A stretch of 64,000 bases of DNA from Tubulanus polymorphus (taxonomy: Eukaryota > Animalia > Nemertea), in contig NC_134025.1 in assembly GCF_964204645.1 (NCBI RefSeq), forward strand, positions 23,478,299 to 23,542,298. The letters are read 5' to 3'. Positions within the stretch are counted from its first letter, which is position 1; each line of letters begins with the position of its first letter. Positions 55,001 through 64,000 of the stretch are shown here, piece by piece. The translations under genes and the position numbers were made by a program. The notes below the pieces were generated by a model. It was not told where the DNA came from, ran no database searches, and worked only from the letters and a program-made list of their open reading frames with translations.

Positions 55001-57123
55001 ATGGAAACGAGAAAGACAATATCTATTAATTTCCAATATGGTGTTCACTGGTGCAGTATGTCAATGAGACCCATAGTTACGGAAGGCCGCATCTGAACTT
55101 GATTAATGTTTTCCTTCATCCACATTCACACTAACATTTAAAGGTTTACAACATTTTACTTATAATCTTTATCATAAGTAATTAATACATATTCAACCAT
55201 TTAACAAATTGCCTCAATTGCCATATTGAATTAAGGCCGAAGATTTGTTTAAAAATGTTCTGGATATCATTATTGCCTACCAGTCTACATCATCATACTG
55301 GAGTGTTGTCGGTTGTTTCATGAAGTTTCATCAATTTGAAAGCTCAAATGAAATATAAACAGCAATCCATAAAAGAGAACATTAAAATTCAGCTTCAATA
55401 AAGAAATCAATTTGCAACGACTCGATCCATTAGCACTATGTGGAAAATGCATTTATCTGCCGAAAAATCATATTCAACTTGAGATATTAAAAAATATCAT
55501 GCAGGTAATTCATCATTCCTGCATCAGCAATGATCAGTTCATGAGTAGAACTTCTGTCAGTCTGAATGTAGAAGTACTAAGATAGATCGAAAAATCTGAA
55601 TGACGCATCAAAACTAGTCGTTGTCAAAATCATACTTCCATTTTGCCTGAAATTCCAATGTGGAGAACGGTTTATTAAGTAAAGTGTATACATATACAAA
55701 TTTTATTTATATTTCAAATATGATATTCTAATATAGATTCTTATTTGTTTGTTTATAGATGATGTTGACCATTCGGTTCCATCAGATTCTAGTTCTGATA
55801 CCTCGGGTAAAACTCAATGGTTCAATTCTTTTGTGTATTTTTACCTCGCCATTGCTGGGCATCTGTGCAAATGCCTCCTCGATTCTTAACCTTCAATGCC
55901 AGGTCTTCGCAAATGCTCCTCTCTAGACGTATAATTTTCTTCAACAATCTAATTGTGGTTTTTTGAGCTATATAGATCTTTTTTTGGAGCAGGATATAGA
56001 TGAGTCAAATGCCTTTTCTTTATTAAGATTTTCTCATTATAGTCGTGCCATATTTTCTCATATGAAGAATTTATGAAATTAATGATGACATTTTTTTGCT
56101 TTTGTTCAGGACACCAATAACAGGTTGTTGATATTTTTCCTAAGTAATGGCTTTTTTGAAAACACTCCTGATTCATCCGTGTGTCATACCATCATGTTGT
56201 TATGCATGTACTTTTCAACTTTTACTAACTGAATTGAATAAGCTGCCTATCCTAATAAGCATATCAAGTTGAAATCACTGTTATTCTTATTTTATGACTA
56301 ATTTAATCTTATTAACTGTCACCTAATCGGGAGACTTAAATACGTAATAGGTTTTGACTAAATTTTAGACCCGCGTTATGAATAGAGTTTTAGTTGTTTG
56401 GTGAACTCCGTCGCAAGGTGACTACATATTAAGACGGTATAAAACTTCTTGGTCAACCTTTGTTGGTCGAGAAATTCTTTTCTAAATCAGCTGCCATGCA
56501 AGAAATACTGCACAATCAAATTGAATTGAATTGGTCAAAATAAAGCCCAATTACTACTCTGAAGTGTCTCCATATGTATATTATTAGATCAGTGTATCGA
56601 TATCATATTAGCATAGCCATTATATCCACATGTATTTGGACAAACCGTTTTTTGGATTATGATTTCACTCAGGTATCGTTTATTTCAACTTTCTTTTGTT
56701 AAAAAGGCTAGGTTCACATTGTTTAAGTTAATATGATTATGTGTTCATCGTCTTACAACATCATGGCTTCAGTTACTTAGCTTTCATAGGAAAATTAGAT
56801 CTAAATTAAGTAATTATTGACTGCATCTTTTATATCTGGAATACCCTCGTCTAGAGCTTACAGGGCTGCAACTCTGATTCACCCAAATCTTAACAGTGAA
56901 CCAAAAACCAAGAAGGTTGTAGAAACTGAGTGAACATATAAGGATATAGTTATCAATACTATGTCCAATCATTCATACTGGATACTGTCTCCATAACCTA
57001 AGGCTTACTTTTCTGTGCTTTAAATTATTAATTGTAGTTGTTACATGTTTCCTGCTCCTTTGTTTTAAAATGGCCACATTATATTACATAATCATTAGTC
57101 GGGCTTCTATGTATTCAGTAATG

Positions 57124-57179
<56 letters not shown>

Positions 57180-60100
57180 CTTTACCTCACCTGGTTGGTA
57201 TAGTTGAGTCAAACATGAGCTCGTTTGTTTGAGTTCATGGGTGTTCAGATTCATTTTCGCGTGTGGCTCACTTGATCAAGAGGATAAGAATAAAGTATAT
57301 CTTCTCCCCTCATGGAGATGATAGAGTTTGATCATGCTGGAAAATCTTTTCTTCACCATTAGCTTTTTCTGTTTAATTTTTAGATGTAGCTGATGAGGGA
57401 GTGGTTGAAATCCACGGTGACATCGACGAAAACGACTTTTCTGACTTGCGGCTTCAAAAACGAGAAAAAACTTTGACAGACGGCGCTATATGTGTCGTAC
57501 AAACAGATGAAGATGGACTTGTGCGAGAAGTCTCATATGCAGAGTTAGATGCTGATTATCAGCAAGAAGTTCTTACAGACCTTCTAGTTAAAAGTGCAAT
57601 AAGTCACGCTCTGATGAAAAAAGAGGTATGTCATTCAATTTGATGATAAGTGATTACTGATCAATTGATCAAATGAAACTTAGTTACAATATATGAGGTA
57701 ACCAAAGATACCACGATTTACTTAAGTATGGCATGGTTTACAATCACAAGATTAGACATTTTTCATGGTGAAATAATTGCCCTTTCTATTGAGTACAACT
57801 GGTCATTTTATGATAAAAATCCCATGTCAATCAAAAGCCATTCAGCACCTCAAGTACGGTACTCAGTATTTTAGAATAATAAAACTTAATTTTGGTGGCG
57901 ATAGGTCAAAGTCTATTGAATTGATTATGTTTATGAAATTAAGGGAATAGAGAATAGTGTAAAAGTGGATTTTACATATGTGCATATTTTCTTTCAGCAA
58001 CAAATGGAAATTGATAAAGTTAGGATGATAAGTCCTGGGCTGTCTGTGATTGAGTCTGAGGCCACATACAGCGAGGATGATGTACGTGAACGCGCCATGT
58101 TTGACATGGTCGAAGCAGTGCAGGTAAATACAAAAGAGCCTTGGTATTAATGCTTTATTGAGAGAGCTTTATCAAGTTATTGTCATCTTACCCCTGGAAA
58201 AGTGGTTCATTGGTGCTGGACAACCATAACGACCATATAGGTCTATAATATTTGCTCTTATCTGAGATTTTGATGGACACCCACTGAAATATTGAGTATT
58301 CTGTAATTAGTTGTTTTTAAGTATTTGATTAATATTTTTCAAGATTGCTTCATATGCTCTATATATTTATTTATTCAGTATCATGATTTGTATCTCATCA
58401 ATCAACAAGTCACTAATGCAATAGGTACCTGGAGGGATAGCTCTTTACAGTGGCATAAAACACAAGTATATTGCTCTGATGTGCAGACCTGACTACTACT
58501 ACTATTTGAGAGTAGTTGCTACTCCTTTAAGCACTCAATTAATCCTAAAAATATCAAAATATGCTTACAATCAGAATAACTTTCAATTAGACTACTATTT
58601 TAGATGTCAAATTCTGGTGAAAACTACTCCAAAGATAGATACTAAGGTAGTCAAGTCTGGATGTGGTTTGATGTGCTATCACCTGCATATTCTAATGGAT
58701 CCTATACCCCTTAGGTTTTGACATTTCAGTTTTTAGGCCATTTTTAGTCTAGCGTGTTCATTAAAATAACATTAGTATTAGTAGAATTGATGAGGAAAAT
58801 CATATTTTCATAGAATATAATTACATGGAAGAAAGATACTGGTATATTAAAGTTATCTTATGAAGGACGTGGTATACCATACTTAAGGGATACTAATAAA
58901 TATCTGGTCTTTCATCGTACTGCTACGTGAAGAACGTGATTGAAAAAGTGCTACATCTATATTTTAAGCTACATGTATATCATCGAAACTGCATATGTTG
59001 CTGCTTCAGATACAACTGTCGAAGCCTTGTTATTATATCATAAATCTATGAAGTGTTACTGACACAAAATGCAACATGCATATTCTATGAAACGTTGTCA
59101 TGCAATCTGTCCATTTTGTTTCTATGATGTTGTCATTGCATCATGTTTTTATGTCAGACTTTTTATGTATGGTGATTACTCGTCTTAGTACTCAATCACT
59201 TGGTACTATGCATCAGATACTATCAAAAATACATATAAAGTATGTATTTTTGATACTATGTATCAGATTGCAAGGGAACAAAACAAAGAAGAACCAGTTT
59301 CGTTTTGGTTTTATTCTACATAAACTGAATGATTCAGGATAGGTAGCATTTCTTTTAAAAGAATAAAATTGCATAAGCCTTCAGTTTGTGAGTCTGCTAA
59401 CACTGCCCAACGCAATTCAGTTGGTAGTGGAAAATACTCAAACAAGAAAGCCAAATTAGATGTTATTTATTAAAAAATATGACCATTACAATAGTTTTCT
59501 CAAGATAAAATTTCATCGTCCAGTAATTTCATGAGTTAAAATGTGAATATCAAAAAGACCATTTCTTGGTACAGAAAATACATTGGAATTTCATCATCAA
59601 AGGTTATAAATCTCAGTCAGTCTGTTCGGAAAGTTTATAAAGTTTTCAAACAATGCAGTCTTAAGATTTCACATGCCCAACCAAACAATATCTCTCAATT
59701 ACCATGTTACCTTGGCTGTCCAATTAATTGTTTGTTAAATGGATTTAAGGTTATTAAATTCGCGTATTCATTATATGAAATGCATATACTTAAGACGCAA
59801 GTCAAGTGGAAAATTTGGTTTTTACTGCGGTTTACCCGCTGCCATGGAAGCCAGCCACTGTGCCTGCCGCGTTATGTCCCTATTCAAGAAATATTCGACC
59901 CACCAAAGTGTCTTCTTTTGTCGTCGTCCGTTAACTGTACATTTAACTTTTGCGGTATTTTATGCTTCACTTTGTTGAAATATCTTAAAACAGGTGAATA
60001 GTTGAATTTGGTCTTTATTTTCTCGGTCCGGTGAGCTGAAACCGTTGCAAGTCAATTAACAGCAGACGCATACACGGTCATTCATTTCACATTGTTTGAA

Positions 60101-63100
60101 TTCGCATTCAATGGAATAAGCCTTTTGCCACATATTAGAAGAAGTAACATAGATTAGCAGTGAATAATGTGATTATATATTCCTAGGACTGCAAATTGAC
60201 GATACTTATTGGGAGTAAATTGCAAATATACTAAAAAAAAACAATTTTCTGAGTTTTACCGATTTGGACTACTTGTTTACATCAAAGAATTATTGCGGTT
60301 TTCATTGAGGTAGATGCTGTTGCAATTTGACAACCGGATGTCAATATTAAAAAGTGTAACTTGTGCGTGCTGGCTGCTTAGGATTTAATCATGATGGATG
60401 ACGATAATCTAGATTCAACGACAATTGCTTATCCATCTAAAAACTGGTATACCGATAATACAGACTTGTTCTTAAAGTCTTCCTTCGACAGCAATTCAAG
60501 CTTAATGGATATGAATGATCTGCTACCACTTTGGTCAGCTTTTAATATATAACCTTTCAGGTGTTTCAGCACAAATTGCATCATGCGGTTACTATATTGA
60601 ACAATGAACAATGATAATACAATATCGCCGCTGATGTATATACAGTACAGTAAATATAGTTAGTCTGAAATTCATATATTTATTTCAGTAATAGCTGTGA
60701 TAGTTTATGCAGATACTGTTTAATAACACTCGCAAGTCTCATTTAGATTATGTGTTTTGTGCTGAATTGTTTTATTTGCTCTTGCAATAAGATTGAACAT
60801 TGGACATTTTTTGTGGCAGAGAAGCAAAAGAATTAGAACTTACCGTGCTTATCAAAGATGTGCTAGTAACAATGGAGATTCATTTATGATGCGCATTTAT
60901 AATCTTAAGTTTATATGAAACTGTTGCTTTTATCTTACGGAGGATCATTTGGGTTGGATAGTTCTGCAAAGTATTCTCATTGGATTCGGTATAGTTATTA
61001 ACTCGTCAACATGTCTAGTAGCGATATCGCAAATATGAGCAGTAGTAAAGTTACGAATATGAGTACTAGCGATCTCGCAAACATGAACAGCGTTGAAGTT
61101 GTTGAAGTGGTTGAGTTTCAACCAACTGAACGTTCTTACAAAAAACGTAAACATCGTCGAATTAAACTAGACATGGTGGAATACGTTAAAGAATGGCGAG
61201 CTCGCGAATGCTTGATCTTTCGGCCGCATCACAACAGCATTAGAAACTGCTTGAAAACTACACAATTATTATCAGAGGTACAAGCGGCGTGTGTATTTAC
61301 AAACGGCTTTTTTAATCCATTCCTTCATAGGAGGAGGTGCATGAAGCGTTGATTATAGGTCAAATGTGTTAAGAGGTTACGAAAAGAATCAAATTCACGG
61401 TGCTTTATGGAAATTCTTTTCAGACATGATTTGTCTGATTTCGGGCAGTGATAAAATGTCTCTTGATTTGAAGGGAAGTTTTGAAAGATTTTATTCTCTC
61501 TGCAGTCATTGCTAGATAATCGTGGTAGTGGTGTGTTCGATTCGCGTATCATTCCTGACCATGAAGAATCTCAGAAAACAATTCGAGCTCAAATTGCCGT
61601 CAAACCGCGAGCGAGAAAAACGTCGCGATCTAATCGGTCATCTTCCAGCCATTCGGACGGAAGATCTGAAGGTAATTTTTCACATTTTTTCATTTCTTTG
61701 ACTACCCAGTGTACTACTTCAATTCGATGTATTCATTAGTATCTATTTGCAGCTGGTGTGAAGTCTTGGCCGGGAGAACGTGCGTATTGCGGAAATATTC
61801 CCGTTGCATCGTTGAAAGAATCAACATCTAACTCCGACCTAGCATCTGTCTGTTCAGCTCCAGCGATACCATTATCGACGAGTTTACCTCAATTGTCGTC
61901 GCAAAATTTCATGTTCAAACGTCCCGATCGTTCGTTCCTGTCTCCGATAAAAGATGTATCATGCCCACCGACTAGAGCATCAGTCCATCTACCACCAATA
62001 GTCAGTAGTAAGTACATGTATATTTTACTGTAATACATATTATATGAAATGTAGTATGAAAGAATGAAGATCGCAAAAGCTCTAACTTCATTTACCAAAA
62101 TTGAAATAATGCGATTTTTAGTCTCTCACTAAAGACCATCCATACATCATATGTCCAGACATCAGGTTTGAAAAGTTTTTATAGGTAGTCAGTCTTTCTT
62201 TGTGTATACAAATTTCGCATGTAATGGTAGTCTATCTGCAAAGAAAATATTTCACTTCGTCTCCTTATACAGATTCTTTTTTTATTCTATAAAAAATTCT
62301 GTTTTTTGGGACATTAGATAATATATGTGTATGAATTAGAACTAGAGGTTGCCTCATATTGATGGTGCAGTAGTTTAATTCTGATGTAGGTGTAGTAGAA
62401 ATTTTTAACTTGTCTATCAATTTTGATTATGGTATGTGAAGATCTCATTAAATCACGTGGATAGTCTGCAAATGATATTAGGTTAGGACCTATTTTGTTT
62501 GATTCTCCTAAGATAACTCAAACATGACTGTTTGTCTACACCGGTCCCTTAAGTTTATCACAAACCTGTCACTCACACTGGACATGGTGAATAACAATGT
62601 AATCTGCCATTAGTAACTGACAGTGCTTGGATTTGATTCATTGGATACAATCAATACTGGATATATAGGATATTCTGAGGATTTCGTTGAACTATGCCTG
62701 TTTACCCTTGTTGTACTTCAATAAATGTAACTGGATTTAGAATACCAGTTTTGGAACTAATTATTCCAGGTAATATGTTATGTAACTGTATTTGCAGTAC
62801 ATTAAGACCTCACTCATGTATATCTAAGTAATAATCTCATGTTATTTTGGCCAAAAATGTAATGTCTTCTTTGATATCTTGAGATCTAAGGGCATTATTA
62901 GTCATTAATTCTTTTGATTTTCAGATCAAAAAGTTGGTGCCTCCTTACCGGATTTGACATTAGATCCACCAACTCCTCAACATACTACTTTAAACAAGAG
63001 ACATTTGAGCCGAAGTATCAGCAATCTACGACAGCCAACAAATACTAATTCACAAGAAGGTTAGTAGTTAGGTTTGTTTACTTCAACCATCAGTAGGAAC

Positions 63101-63530
63101 TAAGATTAATTCTCAATAATTCCCTAACAATGTTATTTCAAACAGACAAAGCAGATGGACAAAAAGAAACCAGTTCAGACGGCGAAGCGAAACCAGCCAA
63201 GAGAAAGAAAAATAAGAAAGACAAACTGCTGGAAGCGCCAGGCCCTGTTCAGAAAAATGCCTCCCAAATAAGTGTTTCTTCCGTATTTAGCTCTGATCTT
63301 GGTAAGTAAAAATAGGTTCTCAATCAGGGATGTACTCGAAATACCTTTTGCGAGACCTTTCAGGTTAGAATTATTTTGTTTAACTTTCACATTATAACAA
63401 CTATTATAGGTAGCAAACAAGCCCCAGGTGATGCCAGTATTTTCAGTGCTTTACCTGGCAAGAAGGCACCGGACACTGGCGGTTTCCGAAGTAAATCACC
63501 CTCACTGAAGAAGCGAGCTAGTAATTTACG
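49054..63530 (+). CDS. KIAA2012-like protein; continues past the right edge
   Basis: Exons 49054-49152, 53588-53911, 54035-54185, 54364-54543, 55759-55806, 57384-57625, 57998-58123 and 61506-61671, plus ~61752-62007, ~62925-63058 and further exons near 63.1-63.5 kb. LSLLARG..KIEV...DYFNWK...PKTFITRKGALLLFSED...ILAYG...IRPGFSPRRYL matches my recollection of the KIAA2012 N-terminus. Confidence 0.8.
50002..50100 (+). repeat. Cluster of (A)GTCAGGGAA motifs, remnant of a MITE family
   Basis: About five imperfect TCAGGGA(A) copies in 100 bp; same motif family as the element at 43564-43846. Confidence 0.55.
51440..53201. mobile_element. Foldback element with ~580-bp inverted arms and a ~600-bp spacer, in KIAA2012-like intron 1
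   Basis: 51440-~52020 is the near-exact reverse complement of ~52622-53201 (AATAAACCATTTTACAGTTGCTAGCCGCCATTTTGTTAGGG...). This explains the mirrored ORFs 51834(+)/52768(-). No transposase ORF is present. Confidence 0.9.
55620..56030 (-). pseudogene. Degenerate Myb/SANT-like fragment, antisense in a KIAA2012-like intron
   Basis: Minus-strand pieces LTHLYPAPKKDLYSSKN* / RSICEDLALKVKNRGGICTDAQQW, then a GT..AG gap, then AKWKY. These resemble a Myb/SANT-like domain (W..IA..L...G...T..QC..KWK) but contain stops and a frameshift. Confidence 0.35.
57128..57178. repeat. (AT)n microsatellite
   Basis: About 25 uninterrupted AT units. Confidence 0.97.
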
Positions 63531-64000
63531 TAAGTATTAACAAGAAAACTGACAACATCCTGACTTAGAGATTAGACTTCAAATGAATCGAATCTAGAAA
63601 ATGATATGACACTTAATCTTAAGAAACTCACTGAATAAGGATGTTAATTGTATGCATATATACAGACGATGATTCAAATATTTCCATTGAAACGAATTCT
63701 GGTAAGCAGTTGCATAGGAAATATACCATATATAATTAGATACATATGGCTACATAGTTTACTAACAATGTACATGCATGATGTATATTGGTATTAACTA
63801 ACCGCACATGCATATAGCTTATCAAAAGTACATAGGCCTATGTATTTTTGAGCTTACACATACATTTTTATTGATATGATATTCATTGTACATATATTTT
63901 GTCAGAGAAAAGCTAGTTTAGCTTTTTTAGATATTAGATATATGCCCTATAACTGCTTTGAATTGGCTGTTGCATTACAGTGTCAAAAGCGAAATCACCT

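Noticed and set aside
59543-60611. ORFs of 152, 79 and 60 aa
   Set aside because: They have intron-like composition and no recognisable domain; they may be decayed repeat sequence, but this cannot be supported.

Overview
This is AT-rich, gene-dense eukaryotic DNA with short spliceosomal introns, most likely from an invertebrate animal (lophotrochozoan-like gene content; the taxon is inferred, not proven). Manual exon joining supports nine multi-exon genes: DPH6 (-, runs off the left edge), pinin PNN (+), golgin-84 GOLGA5 (-), a d4/DPF double-PHD BAF subunit (-), a C7orf57-like gene (-), TBP (+), a CEP170-like FHA protein (-), ALKBH1 (+) and a KIAA2012-like gene (+, runs off the right edge). 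Most short ORFs in the supplied track are exon fragments or antisense shadows. Non-coding structure includes two minor-spliceosome (U12) introns (GT-AG in GOLGA5, AT-AC in CEP170), a tRNA-derived SINE with a 10-bp target duplication, and a head-to-head pair of tRNA-Glu-like heads. It also includes isolated Pol III B-boxes beside two Pol II promoters, a ~1.76 kb foldback element with ~580-bp arms, several palindromic MITEs, a 112-bp duplication that copies a splice donor, and Myb/SANT- or MADF-like relics in KIAA2012 introns. No prokaryotic systems or CRISPR arrays are present. I found no clearly novel multi-gene system; the candidates are regulatory or splicing oddities. Gene names come from recalled family motifs, not database searches.
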